In this document: in pieces, positions 45,593-55,237 of the stretch
Layout of the letters: every line of letters begins with the position of its first letter
Position numbering within the stretch: position 1 is the first letter of the stretch
Assembly: GCA_003021085.1 (NCBI GenBank)
Contig: PXRE01000026.1
Location: 132,669 to 196,668 of the forward strand
Direction: 5' to 3'
Origin: Halobacteriales archaeon QS_1_68_20
GTDB lineage: Archaea; Halobacteriota; Halobacteria; Halobacteriales; PXRE01
Length of the DNA: 64,000 nucleotides
The notes under the pieces: model-generated
Databases searched by the model: none
The model's input: only the letters and a program-made list of their open reading frames with translations
Told to the model about the DNA's origin: nothing
Position numbers and translations under genes: made by a program

Positions 45593-46332
45593 GTCGGTAC
45601 GCACGGGTCCGGGCCGCCTCGGGGGCGGCCTGGCGGGCGTTCGTCCGGCGGCGGGTCGCGGTCTTCTTCACGTTCTTCTTCCCCGCCATCCTCGTGGTCA
45701 TCTTCGGCGCGCTCGTCCGGACGGGCGCGGGCGGGACCGGCCTGTTCGTCCGCGAGGCGGACTACTACGTCGCCGGCTACCTGGCCGTGGTCGTGTTGCA
45801 GACGCCGCTGTCGCGGGTGTCCAGCGAGGTGGCCCGCCACCGCGAGGGCAACCGCTTCGAGAAACTGGCGACGACGCCGCTGACCCGCGCGGAGTGGTTG
45901 CTCGCCCAGACGCTGGTCAACGTGGTGCTGGTCGGGGTCGCCGCCGTCATCATCCTGGCGCTGGTGACGGCGTCGACCGGTGCCTCCCCTGCACTGTCGC
46001 CAGCCCTCGCGCTCGCCGTCGCCGCCGGGACGGCCCTGTTCTGCGGGTTCGGGGCGCTGCTCGGGCGCCTGGCCGACTCCCAGGACGGCGCCATCACCGC
46101 GGCGAACGCGGTCGGTCTGCCGTTGCTGTTCCTCTCGGAGACGTTCGTTCCGCCGGTGATGCTCCCTGCGTGGTTCCGCCCGCTCCTCTCGTTGTCGCCG
46201 CTGACGTACTTCTCGCGGGCGGCCCGTACGGCGACGGCCGGTGAAGGCGCAGGAATCGCGCTCGCGGTCCTGGTCGCGCTGTCCGTCGGGTTCTTCCTCG
46301 CCGGGGCGCTGGCCATCCCGCGAACGGACTGA
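45589..46332 (+). CDS. ABC-2 type transporter permease
   Basis: 247 aa with six hydrophobic helices. The GTG start overlaps the ATPase stop by 4 nt (GTGA). Confidence 0.88.
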   Translation: MSRYARVRAASGAAWRAFVRRRVAVFFTFFFPAILVVIFGALVRTGAGGTGLFVREADYYVAGYLAVVVLQTPLSRVSSEVARHREGNRFEKLATTPLTRAEWLLAQTLVNVVLVGVAAVIILALVTASTGASPALSPALALAVAAGTALFCGFGALLGRLADSQDGAITAANAVGLPLLFLSETFVPPVMLPAWFRPLLSLSPLTYFSRAARTATAGEGAGIALAVLVALSVGFFLAGALAIPRTD

Positions 46333-46385
46333 CGCCGTCCGCCCACGCCCTGCCTTCATACTGCAGGCGTCCCACTCACCACCAG

Positions 46386-46835
46386 ATGGACGGGACCCGG
46401 GTCGCGGGCTATCGCGAACGCGTTCGGGACTCCCTCCGGTTGGCGTTCGCGGAGGGTCACCCCCTGCACGTCGTCGCGGCGAGTTTCTCGCTGGGGGTGT
46501 TCGTGACGACGCTGCCGAACCTCGGCGGCGCCATCCCGCTACTCGGGTGGATCGGCTATCGCTTCGAACGAGCCAACCGCCTGGCGCTTCTGGCCGCACT
46601 CGCGGTCCTGAACCCGCTGGTGAAGGCCGCCGTGTACGTGGCGAGTTTCGTCCTGGGGTCGGCGTTGCTCGGCCCGGTCCCGGGGATCACGCGCGCCGAC
46701 GTGGGACTGGATGCCGGCCCCGCCGTTCTCACTCGCCTGCTGCTCGGCAACGTCGTCATCGCGGTCCTGCTGGCGGTAGTCGGCTACGTGGTCGCCTACC
46801 GGGCCGCCGGGACGTACCGGCGGCGGACGGGTTGA
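46386..46835 (+). CDS. DUF2062-like membrane protein
   Basis: 149 aa. SPHxxA-like N-terminal element (GHPLHVVAASFSLGVFVTTLP) and three helices. Confidence 0.75.
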   Translation: MDGTRVAGYRERVRDSLRLAFAEGHPLHVVAASFSLGVFVTTLPNLGGAIPLLGWIGYRFERANRLALLAALAVLNPLVKAAVYVASFVLGSALLGPVPGITRADVGLDAGPAVLTRLLLGNVVIAVLLAVVGYVVAYRAAGTYRRRTG

Positions 46836-47071
46836 GGGCACGGCGTGACCGTCACGGTCGCACCCCCGCGGTGTTCCGCCTCGCTACTCGACGGTAATCT
46901 CGCCGCAGGGCGAGGGTCGTTCAGCGAGTGCGACCCGGGTTCTCGGCCATTCGAGCACCGTCCACCGGACCCCCTGCGACCGGGGGTTTCCGTAAGCGTG
47001 ATACGCCGGCCGCGGGAACGTCCGAGTATGAGCGCCGGCCCAGAACCGACGAGTGGACGCCACGCCGACCC

Positions 47072-48124
47072 ATGACGGCCGACGCGACCGAGGAGGCCGA
47101 GCAACTCCTCTCGGACCTGCTCGCCGGCGAGCAACGGGCGCTGGCGAGGGCGATCAGCAAGATCGAGGACCGCCGGCCGGGGTACCGCGACCTCGTCGCC
47201 GGCCTGCACGAGCACACCGGCGGCGCGACGGTGATCGGCGTCACCGGCAGTCCGGGCGCCGGCAAGTCGACGCTGGTCGACAAACTCTCGGCGGCCTACC
47301 GGGAGCAGGGGCTGACGGTCGGCATCATCGCCGTCGACCCCGCCTCGCCCTTTACCGGCGGCGCCGTCCTCGGCGACCGCATCCGGATGGGGTCGACCGT
47401 CGGCGACATGGACGTGTTCGTCCGGTCGATGAGCGCCCGTGGGACCCTCGGCGGCCTCTCGACCGCGACCACGGACGCCATCCGGGCGCTGGACGCCTTC
47501 GGCAAGGACGTGATCGTCATCGAGACGGTCGGCGCCGGTCAGAACGAGGTCGACGTCGTCCGGACCGCCGACACCGTCGCCGTCCTCGTTCAGCCAGGGA
47601 GCGGCGACGACATCCAGACGCTGAAGGCCGGGATTCTGGAGATCGCGGACGTGTTCGTCGTCAACAAGGCGGACATGGACGGCGCGGACCGTACCGTCCA
47701 GGAACTCACCGAGATGGTCCAGCACTCCGTCGGCGGGCACGTCGAAACGTCGGGCCACCACGGCCCCGGCGTCGACGAGGAGGTCGAACTGGAGGGGACC
47801 GAGGACCGCGAGTGGGTCCCGCCCATCGTGGAGACGACCGCCACCTCCGGCGAGGGGGTCGAGGACCTCGTGGACGCGTTCGAGGCGCACCGCAAATACC
47901 TCGAAGCGTCCGGCGAACTTGAGGAGCAGGCCCGGACCCGTTACGCCGAGGAGATCCGCGCGCTCCTGCGGGCGGACCTCGGCGACCTCATCGAGCGCGA
48001 GATCGAGGACCGCGGCGGCATGGACGACCTCGTCGAGCAGGTTCGAAAGCGGGAGACCGACCCCTACACCGTCGTCGACTCCGTGGTCGAACCGATCGCG
48101 GAGTGCGTCGAGGACGAGGGCTGA
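47072..48124 (+). CDS. meaB: Methylmalonyl-CoA mutase-associated G3E GTPase (MeaB/ArgK)
   Basis: RALARAISKIED, P-loop GVTGSPGAGKSTLVDKL, GDRIRM, ETVGAGQNE and VVNKAD motifs. The ATG at 47072 is used. Confidence 0.9.
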   Translation: MTADATEEAEQLLSDLLAGEQRALARAISKIEDRRPGYRDLVAGLHEHTGGATVIGVTGSPGAGKSTLVDKLSAAYREQGLTVGIIAVDPASPFTGGAVLGDRIRMGSTVGDMDVFVRSMSARGTLGGLSTATTDAIRALDAFGKDVIVIETVGAGQNEVDVVRTADTVAVLVQPGSGDDIQTLKAGILEIADVFVVNKADMDGADRTVQELTEMVQHSVGGHVETSGHHGPGVDEEVELEGTEDREWVPPIVETTATSGEGVEDLVDAFEAHRKYLEASGELEEQARTRYAEEIRALLRADLGDLIEREIEDRGGMDDLVEQVRKRETDPYTVVDSVVEPIAECVEDEG

Positions 48125-48172
48125 ACCTGCCGTTGACGCTTTTTCGCTTCGCAAGGCCGGTCGGTCACTCGG

Positions 48173-49015
48173 CTACTCGGGAACCCGCGCCACTGCCAGG
48201 AAGTGCCCCGACAGGTCGGCGGCCATCCGGTCCCCGCGGAGTTCGCGCACGGCTGCGCGGATCGCTTCGCGGTGGCCCTCGTCGAGTTCGTCGAAGTCCT
48301 GGCGCCGCTGTGAGACGACGCTCTCTAGGCCGGACACCGTCTCGACGGACAGTCCCGCGTCCGCCAGCAGGTCCTCCAGTTCCGCGACGCGGAACAGGTG
48401 CATCGGCGGGGCCGTCGGTTCGCGGTCGACCCCGTCGAGCAGGTCGGCGTCGTAGTCGCCCGACCGGGCGAGCGCCGGGAGCAGTTCCGTCTCGTCTTCC
48501 GCCGGCGGGATCGTCCCCGCGAACCGGACGACGGTCTGCAACGCCGCCAGCAGTCCCATGACCGAGACGAACACGGGGCCGCCGGGAGCGGTCACTCGCC
48601 GGAGTTCCTGCGCTCCCGCTCGCCTGCCCGATTCCTCCAGGACGTGCGACAGCGGGCCGCCGAGACAGAGGGTCGCATCGAAGGCGTCGGCGTCGTGGGG
48701 CAAGTCCCTGCCGTCGCCGACCGCCGTCGTAACCCGCGACTCGAAGCCGTGTTCGGCCGCCTTCGACGCCGCCAGTTCGACCTGCCGTTCGCTCGGGTCG
48801 ACGAGGACGACCTCGTACCCCCGTTCGGCGAGCCAGACGCTGTACCGGCCCGCACCGCCGCCGACGTCGAGGACGTCGCCTTCGGCCGGGAGGTGGTCCT
48901 CCAGGAAGTGGCCCGTCTCCTCGACCTCCAGTTCGTGGTAGAAACTTCGCTCCAGGCGCTCCCACTCGCGTTCCCCGGACTCGTCGTAGTGACGAACCGG
49001 GTCGAAGTCGTTCAT
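48173..49015 (-). CDS. Class I SAM-dependent methyltransferase
   Basis: Motif I DVLDVGGGAGRYSVWLAERGYEVVLVDPS. The ATG at 49015 (MNDFDPV) is used. Confidence 0.88.
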   Translation of the reverse strand: MNDFDPVRHYDESGEREWERLERSFYHELEVEETGHFLEDHLPAEGDVLDVGGGAGRYSVWLAERGYEVVLVDPSERQVELAASKAAEHGFESRVTTAVGDGRDLPHDADAFDATLCLGGPLSHVLEESGRRAGAQELRRVTAPGGPVFVSVMGLLAALQTVVRFAGTIPPAEDETELLPALARSGDYDADLLDGVDREPTAPPMHLFRVAELEDLLADAGLSVETVSGLESVVSQRRQDFDELDEGHREAIRAAVRELRGDRMAADLSGHFLAVARVPE

Positions 49016-49166
49016 GCAGGGCGTTCGTCGCTGGAATCCAACCCCGTTGTGATCGTGCAGACGGATCTGCGAGACGGCCGGAACCGTCGATTGACGGGGC
49101 GTCCTCGCCCGGAAATCGGGGTCCCGAGGCCCCATCTCTAAGGTCCCTCGTGGCATACTCCCACGT

Positions 49167-50105
49167 ATGAAGCTCCGACGCCTCGCCGCCGCGACGGTCG
49201 GAGTCGCCGGTGCCGCCGCCCTCGGGAACCGCGCCCTGCGAGCGAAGGCCGACGAACTGGACCCCGCCCTCCCCGGCCAGACCGGTACCTTCCGCTGGCG
49301 GGGGTTCGACGTCTCCTACGCGGAGGGCGGCGACCCCGAGGATCAGGACCTCCTGTTGCTCCACGGCGTCCACGCCACGGCGACCAACAAGGAGTTCGAC
49401 CGCGTGTTCGACCGCCTCGCGGAGACCTACCACGTCGTCGCCCCGGACCTGCCGGGGTTCGGCCTGTCGGACCGGCCGCCGCTACTGTACTCCGCGTCGC
49501 TGTACCGGTCGTTCGTCACGGACTTCGCCCGCGACGTCACCGACGACGCCATCTGCATGGCCTCGTCGCTGTCGGGGGCTTACGCGGCGGCCGCCCAGGC
49601 GGACGCGGCCCCGTTCTCCCGACTCGTCCTCGTCGCGCCTGTCGGCGACACCGGCCCGAAGCGGGCGTGGCTCCGGACGCTGTTCCGGACGCCGGTCGTC
49701 GGGACGGCGCTGTTCAACGGCATGGCGAGCAAGCCCGCCATCTGGTACTTCAGCGACCGCGAGTCCGTCGTCGACACCGCGACGATCACCGCCGAGGACG
49801 TCGACTACTACTGGCGGACGGCCCACCAGCAGGGCGTGCGGTTTGCACCCGCGTCGTTCGTCAGCGGCTATCTCGACGTGGAACGGGACCTGGGCGACCT
49901 CCTTGCGGACGTGGACGTGCCGGTCACCCTCGTCTGGGGCCGGGAGTCGCCGTTCCCGCCGCTGTCGGCCGGGCGGGAACTCGCCAGGTACGCCGACGTG
50001 CGCCTCGTGGTGATCGACGAGGCGAAACTGCTGCCGCACCACGAACACCCCGACGTGTTCATCGACGCGCTGGCGGACGAACTGCCCGCGGTCGTCGGGG
50101 AGTGA
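49167..50105 (+). CDS. Alpha/beta hydrolase fold protein
   Basis: LLLLHGVHATATNKEF oxyanion region, nucleophile-elbow-like ASSLSGAY and a C-terminal HHEHP. Confidence 0.85.
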   Translation: MKLRRLAAATVGVAGAAALGNRALRAKADELDPALPGQTGTFRWRGFDVSYAEGGDPEDQDLLLLHGVHATATNKEFDRVFDRLAETYHVVAPDLPGFGLSDRPPLLYSASLYRSFVTDFARDVTDDAICMASSLSGAYAAAAQADAAPFSRLVLVAPVGDTGPKRAWLRTLFRTPVVGTALFNGMASKPAIWYFSDRESVVDTATITAEDVDYYWRTAHQQGVRFAPASFVSGYLDVERDLGDLLADVDVPVTLVWGRESPFPPLSAGRELARYADVRLVVIDEAKLLPHHEHPDVFIDALADELPAVVGE

Positions 50106-50224
50106 TAGAGATACGAGCACATACCCCCGTCTTCCCGTGAGTGACGAGTGTTCCGACGCACTGTCGGAACCGAGGAACGAACAGACGGGGGTTGAGCGGA
50201 CAGCATAGTGTGACACTCCACCGT

Positions 50225-50900
50225 TCTATTGCACTGCCGGCAAGACCTACGTCACCGCCAAGAGACGGCTGCAGAAGCGCGGCAGTGAACGGATCGCGGA
50301 GTCCTACGGTGACGCACTGTGAGACCGAATTGACGACGTGTTCCACCGTGTAACCCGCGAGGTCGTGGACTACGCCGAGTCCGTCGAGAACCCGGTGTTG
50401 GTGCTGGAAGACGTGACGTACATCCGCGAGACCATGGACTACGACGAGTACATGAACCGGCGGTTGCACGGCTGGGGCTTTGCCAGGCTCCACGCACAGA
50501 TTCGCTACAAAGCCGCCGAGAAGGGGATTCCCGTCGAGACGGTGAATCCCCGCAACACGTCGAAAGGCGTGCCACGCCTGCGGTGAACACGGGTACCGAC
50601 CACGACAGGCGACGTTCAGATGCTCGAACGACGGCTGTTGGGTCGGTGAGTATCAAGCCGAGGTAAATGGGGCGATACACATTGCAGACCGCTACCGTAG
50701 TGGAGAGAGTCACCGCCAAAGCGCGCGGGCTTCCCGGCAGAAGGCCGGTGACGATGTCGAGAAACATCGAAGGTTTTTCGACCATTGGAACTCTTCGATT
50801 TCCAAGAACTCGGCTACGGATGGGGCCTCTTTGACCGGGCCACAAGACAGCCAAGCCGATGCTGAAACCCAGCAGACGACGCTTGGAACGTATGCGTCTT
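50225..50900 (+). pseudogene. tnpB: tnpB (RNA-guided endonuclease of IS200/IS605) C-terminal remnant
   Basis: ...KRRLQKRGSERIAESYGDAL*(TGA at 50320)DRIDDVFHRVTREVVDYAESVENPVLVLEDVTYIRE...NRRLHGWGFARLHAQIRYKAAEKGIPVETVNPRNTSK. A frameshift then leads to CHACGEHGYRPRQATFRCSNDGCWVGEYQAEVNGAIHIADRY (Zn finger and RuvC-III-like). The N-terminal half is absent. Confidence 0.75.
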
Positions 50901-50985
50901 GAAACCAACAGGCCGCAACGCTGGGCCTGAAATCCCGTGGCGGGATTCCTCCGCGTTCACGCGGAGGAGGAGGTCAATAGTAGGG
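50700..50985 (+). ncRNA. Possible omega-RNA (reRNA) scaffold region of the decayed tnpB element
   Basis: In IS200/IS605 elements the guide RNA is encoded over the tnpB 3' end and the right end. This stretch keeps two perfect hairpins while the ORF itself is broken. Assigned by position only. Confidence 0.3.
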
Positions 50986-51186
50986 GAGTTCGTCTTTGGT
51001 CCTCGGACGGGGTCACTCGGTCAGGTCGGCCAGGGGGTTGACTCGGACGCGCTAGCAACAACCGGGCACTAGGGGAAGCCTCACGCCTCCCCAACCGTGC
51101 GGCCGGCACCGGCGGCCGACCCCCGACCATCGCACCAATCCGAGGACTCCTGCTGCTCACTACGAGTCAGAAGTCGAAAACCCGCC

Positions 51187-51579
51187 TCAGCGCGGGCGGA
51201 AGACGACGACCGGTTCGTCGTCGGTCGCGCTCTCGTCGACGTCGACGGTGACGACCATCCCGGCGTCGACGTTCTCCGGCGATACGTCGCGGACCTGGCC
51301 GGTGATGGCCACGTCACCGAACGTGGCGATGGCGATGGCGTAGGGCGCGTCGTCTTCGAACCGCGGCGACGCGACGTGGGTCACGCTGTAGGTCTCGATC
51401 TCGCCGGACGCCGGGAGCGGTTCTTCCGCCAGTCCGCCGGCGCCACACTCCGGGCAGATGCGCCGCGGCGGTAGCGACCCGTGGCCCTCGGGGCAGACCA
51501 GGTGGTAGCCCTCGCCCGCCGCGATGGCGTCGATCCACTCGTCGTATCCCTGGTTGGGGTACTCGCTCGGGTCCGTCAT
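51187..51579 (-). CDS. Zn-ribbon / OB-fold protein (DUF35), thiolase partner
   Basis: 130 aa with CPEGHGSLPPRRICPECG (rubredoxin-like) and then an OB-fold segment. It lies immediately downstream of the thiolase gene, the conserved archaeal pairing. Confidence 0.88.
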   Translation of the reverse strand: MTDPSEYPNQGYDEWIDAIAAGEGYHLVCPEGHGSLPPRRICPECGAGGLAEEPLPASGEIETYSVTHVASPRFEDDAPYAIAIATFGDVAITGQVRDVSPENVDAGMVVTVDVDESATDDEPVVVFRPR

Positions 51580-51625
51580 TCTGCCACCTCCGGAGCGGAG
51601 CTCCGGCGTCCTCGCATTCGCAAGC

Positions 51626-52792
51626 TCATGCGACCACCTCCAGCACGTGGACGACGCAACTGGCCACGGTCCCGCCGGCGTTGTGGGCGACGCCCACCTC
51701 GGCGTCCGGCACGGCGTCGCTGTTGACGTGGTCGCCCCGGAGGAGCTTGGTCAGTTCCGCGAGCTGGCTCGCACCCGTCGCACCGACCGGGTGGCCCTTC
51801 GCCTTCAGGCCGCCCGAGAGGTTGACGGGCCGGTCGCCGTCCGCGGTCGTCTCGCCGCGCCGGGCCGCGCCGATTCCCTCGCCGGGGCCGTAGAAGCCCA
51901 GCGACTCCAGCGCCAGCACCTCCGCGATGGTGAAGCAGTCGTGGACCTCCGCGAGGTCCACGTCGCCCGGCACGACGCCCGCGTCGGTGTAGGCCTGCTC
52001 GGCGGCCTCCTCCGCCGCGGGCGTGCGGACGTAGGATTCCCTATCGTGGAGGGCCATGCGGTCGCCGGCCTGTCCAGTCCCGGTCACGGCGACGGGGGCG
52101 TCCAGGTCGTGTTCCTCGGCGTACTCCTCGCTGGTCAACACGGTCGCGCTCGCCCCGTCGCTGATCGGACACGAGTCGTACAGGCCCAGCGGCGAGGAGA
52201 CCATCGGCGCCTCCAGCACGTCCTCGACGGTGATGGCCCGCTGGTACTGCGCCGTCTCGTTGCCCAGCGCGTTTTCGTGGTTCTTGACGGCGACGTGCGC
52301 GAGGTCCTCGCGGTCGCCGCCGAACTCCTGGAAGTACGCCCGCGCCATCAGGGCGTACGCGCCCGGGAAGGTGACGCCGGCCCGGACCTCGTGGAGTTCG
52401 TCGGCGGCGATCGCCAGGCCCTCGGTGGCCCCCGCAGTGCCCATGTTGTTCATCCGCTCCATCCCGCCGGCGACGATGACGTCGGCGTCGCCGTGTTCGA
52501 TGGCGCGGACGGCCTCGCGGGCGGCCGCGCCGCTCGAGGCGCACGCGGTCTCGTAGCGGGTCGCCTGGCAGTCCAGGCCCGCCGCCTCGGCCATCAGCGG
52601 CCCCTGGTGGGACTGGTGCTCGGCGAGCGACCCCATGAAGTTGCCGTAGTGCAACGCTTCGACGTCCGCCCGCTGGACGCCGGCGTCCGAGACGGCCATC
52701 CCGGCGGCCTCGGCGAACATGTCCCGGCCCGTCCGTTCGGGATGGTTCCCGAAGTGGGTGAGGCCCACGCCGGCAATGCGTACGTCTGTCAT
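51626..52792 (-). CDS. Thiolase (acetyl-CoA C-acetyltransferase family)
   Basis: 388 aa. Active-site Cys context (TRYETACASSGAA) and C-terminal GATGASQ / NAGGTVASCVVHVL motifs. Confidence 0.92.
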   Translation of the reverse strand: MTDVRIAGVGLTHFGNHPERTGRDMFAEAAGMAVSDAGVQRADVEALHYGNFMGSLAEHQSHQGPLMAEAAGLDCQATRYETACASSGAAAREAVRAIEHGDADVIVAGGMERMNNMGTAGATEGLAIAADELHEVRAGVTFPGAYALMARAYFQEFGGDREDLAHVAVKNHENALGNETAQYQRAITVEDVLEAPMVSSPLGLYDSCPISDGASATVLTSEEYAEEHDLDAPVAVTGTGQAGDRMALHDRESYVRTPAAEEAAEQAYTDAGVVPGDVDLAEVHDCFTIAEVLALESLGFYGPGEGIGAARRGETTADGDRPVNLSGGLKAKGHPVGATGASQLAELTKLLRGDHVNSDAVPDAEVGVAHNAGGTVASCVVHVLEVVA

Positions 52793-52898
52793 ACCATAGC
52801 CTAGGTACTCCAGCAGATAAAAGGCGTCCGTTAAGCGATTAACGTCGCGGGATCGGTGACCTTACCGCGAGTCGAGCGAACCAGGTGCCCGCGGCGGC

Positions 52899-53825
52899 TC
52901 AGCCCGCCGAGAGCAACTCCTCCAGGCGTCGTTCGACGTCCTCGACCTCCTCGCGGATCCGCCGGCCCTTCTCCTCGTCCAGTTCCTCCAGGCGGTCGAC
53001 CAATCCCTGCAGGCGGGAGTACTTCTCGTCCTCGTCGACGCCGGTCTTCTGGGGGTACACCTGTTCGTCCACCTCGAAGACCTCGGACTCGTCCACGTCG
53101 GTCACCGCGACCACCACGTCCAGCTTGTCCGGGTCGACGCCCAGCACCCACTCGTGGGGGACGCCGTGGTCGTCCAGCGCGTCCAGGACCGCCTCGTCGT
53201 CCTTCGGCCGCCGCCGCTCGCGGGTTGTCCGGGTGACGGTCCCGAACCGGCCGTGGAGTCGCTGGCCCGGCCCCATCCGTTGCAGCAGCGGGTCCCCCAC
53301 GTCCCGGCGCAACCGGCCGGCACCGCGCTGGACGTCCGACAGGAGCACGTAGAGGTCGGTCAACCGCTCGGTGGACAGCGATTCGGGGCCGGTGGCGTCG
53401 ACCTTCCCGAGGACGTCGGCCAGCAGCATCGCGTCGTCGTGGATCCGCTCGGGGCGCGTCCGGGCTTCGGAGGGCGAGCGGCGAAACGGGGACTCGCCCT
53501 CGCTGGCGTCCTCCGACCGCGCGAGCGATCCCTCGTCGGCTTCGTAGTCGGGCGAGAGACTCAGCACGGCGGCGTACGGTTCGACGCCTGGGGCCAGGTC
53601 CGCCAGGCCGATGGTCTCGTCGTCCAGGCGGTCGGCGACGACCTCGAACTGTTCGCGCCACAGCGACCGCTCCTCGTCGCTGTCGGCGAACCGCACGACG
53701 AAGCGGTCGCCGAACGCCGCGACGACCCTGAACGATCGCTCGGAGACGGGCGTGACGAGTTCGGACCCCGGCTGGAGGCGTTCGACGACCTTCCTGAGGT
53801 CCTGCCAGAAGGTATCGGGCGGCAT
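52899..53825 (-). CDS. Conserved acidic hypothetical protein
   Basis: 308 aa with coherent acidic haloarchaeal composition, an ATG start and a coiled C-terminus (EELDEEKGRRIREEVEDVERRLEELL). I recognise no family. Confidence 0.7.
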   Translation of the reverse strand: MPPDTFWQDLRKVVERLQPGSELVTPVSERSFRVVAAFGDRFVVRFADSDEERSLWREQFEVVADRLDDETIGLADLAPGVEPYAAVLSLSPDYEADEGSLARSEDASEGESPFRRSPSEARTRPERIHDDAMLLADVLGKVDATGPESLSTERLTDLYVLLSDVQRGAGRLRRDVGDPLLQRMGPGQRLHGRFGTVTRTTRERRRPKDDEAVLDALDDHGVPHEWVLGVDPDKLDVVVAVTDVDESEVFEVDEQVYPQKTGVDEDEKYSRLQGLVDRLEELDEEKGRRIREEVEDVERRLEELLSAG

Positions 53826-53915
53826 ACTAGGCCGTAGGGCGCGACGCAGGTAAAGCGTGGCCTCGCCCCGGGTGGAGAGTCGCGGAACGGCAGAAGAAGG
53901 TCGTCAGCGCGCGAT

Positions 53916-54353
53916 TCAGACGATGGCGCTGAACGGCCCCTCGATCAGGTGGAACAGGGCCTGGTAGGCCGCGTACAGTAGCACCAGCACCGCGGCGGTG
54001 ATGGCCCCATTCGGCGCGTCCAGGGGGTCGCCCTTGCGGGCCTCGACCTTGCGGGCCTCGAACTCGAAGAAGTCGGTGATGACCAGGCCGATCACCAGCA
54101 CGGACATGACGGTCCCGCCGTGGGGTTCGACGCTGGCGTAGTAGAACGAACTCAGCAGCAACAGCACGTTCGTCACCTCGTGGAACGTGCTTCGGGTGAC
54201 CTCTTCGGCGTCTTCGGACGCATCGGCCTGCCTGACGTGTCTCCCGTGGGCGACCCGTCTCGTGACGAAGTTGACGAGTACGAGCACGAGGATTATGTAC
54301 TCGACGTACGGCCCCAGCGCGTCGAGCGGGCCGAGCAACTGCAGTGGTTCCAT
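53916..54353 (-). CDS. Membrane protein (4 helices), hypothetical
   Basis: 145 aa with alternating hydrophobic helices (YVEYIILVLVLVNFV, NVLLLLSSFYYA, VMSVLVIGLVITDFF, AITAAVLVLLYAAY). Confidence 0.75.
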   Translation of the reverse strand: MEPLQLLGPLDALGPYVEYIILVLVLVNFVTRRVAHGRHVRQADASEDAEEVTRSTFHEVTNVLLLLSSFYYASVEPHGGTVMSVLVIGLVITDFFEFEARKVEARKGDPLDAPNGAITAAVLVLLYAAYQALFHLIEGPFSAIV

Positions 54354-54377
54354 ACCCGCAACTGCGGCGTTCGCCCA

Positions 54378-55136
54378 TTAGAGTTTTTCCAATCCCGACG
54401 CCGCCGCGAACCCGTCGCTCCCGGGAACCCGGAACAACCGGAGGTGCTCGCCCAGTCCCAGGTGGACCGTCTCGCCGGGGGTGACGGATTTCCACTCGCG
54501 GTCGTCGACGACCACCGACACCGGTTCGTCCCGGTGGACGTTCACTGAGACGGACGCGAGGTCCAGCACCCAGTGGTCGGCGTCGGTGACGAACGGCGCC
54601 ACGGGGACGACCGCGCCCACGTCCGTCCCGGGTTCGACGACCGGGCCGCCGACGTCGTTCGCGTAGCCGTAACTCCCCGCCGGCGTGGCGACGACGACGC
54701 CGTCCGCCCGGAAGCGTGCGACCCGCCGGTCGTCGGCCAGCACCTCGTACTCGGAGATCTGGGCCGCCTCGGCCGTGACGAGTGCGACGTCGAACAGCGC
54801 GGCCGTCTCCTCGCCGTCCACGCGAACCGACGCCATCCGCCGGGTCGCTTCGACGGCATCGCCGGCCAGGACGGACTGGACGGCGTCGGTCGCCTCCGCA
54901 GGCGAGACGGAGGCGACGCCGCGACCGGCGGCCACCGGCAGGACGGGCCCGTCGACGCCCGCCCGGACGAGTTCCAGCAGTGCGGACTCCCCACCCGCCA
55001 CGAACCACGCCGGGTCGGCGGCCAGCACGTCGGACACGGACCCCGTGACGGCGTCGCCGTCCAGAACCGCCGCCACGTCCCCGACGCCCGTTCCGACCAC
55101 GCCGACCGTCGGACCGTCCGTACCCTCCTGGGCCAT
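54378..55136 (-). CDS. NAD kinase-like protein (ATP-NAD kinase family)
   Basis: GESALLELVR...PVLPV (GGDG-like region degenerate) and ADGVVVATPAGSYGYANDVGGPVVEPG, which resembles the NAD-kinase STPTGSTAY motif. Confidence 0.7.
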   Translation of the reverse strand: MAQEGTDGPTVGVVGTGVGDVAAVLDGDAVTGSVSDVLAADPAWFVAGGESALLELVRAGVDGPVLPVAAGRGVASVSPAEATDAVQSVLAGDAVEATRRMASVRVDGEETAALFDVALVTAEAAQISEYEVLADDRRVARFRADGVVVATPAGSYGYANDVGGPVVEPGTDVGAVVPVAPFVTDADHWVLDLASVSVNVHRDEPVSVVVDDREWKSVTPGETVHLGLGEHLRLFRVPGSDGFAAASGLEKL

Positions 55137-55237
55137 CGTCCCGCCGTTGGGAGGCCGGAGGCCATAAGGCCCGGGGTTGTCGGTTTGCCCCGGCCGGACG
55201 GTTTAAGTCGGTCGCACCCTCAAGGCGGGTCGACGGG

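Larger units (their letters stand above)
50110..50990 (+). mobile_element. Decayed IS200/IS605-family (IS1341-type) element: tnpB remnant plus right-end hairpins, no tnpA
   Basis: Lower G+C than the flanks. TnpB-like peptide pieces occur in several frames. Subterminal hairpins aatcccg-tgg-cgggatt (~50930-50946) and cctccgcg-ttca-cgcggagg (~50948-50967). Confidence 0.7.

Noticed and set aside
50252-50908. 218-aa minus-strand ORF over the IS remnant
   Set aside because: It is antisense to clear TnpB-like peptide matches and has no motifs.
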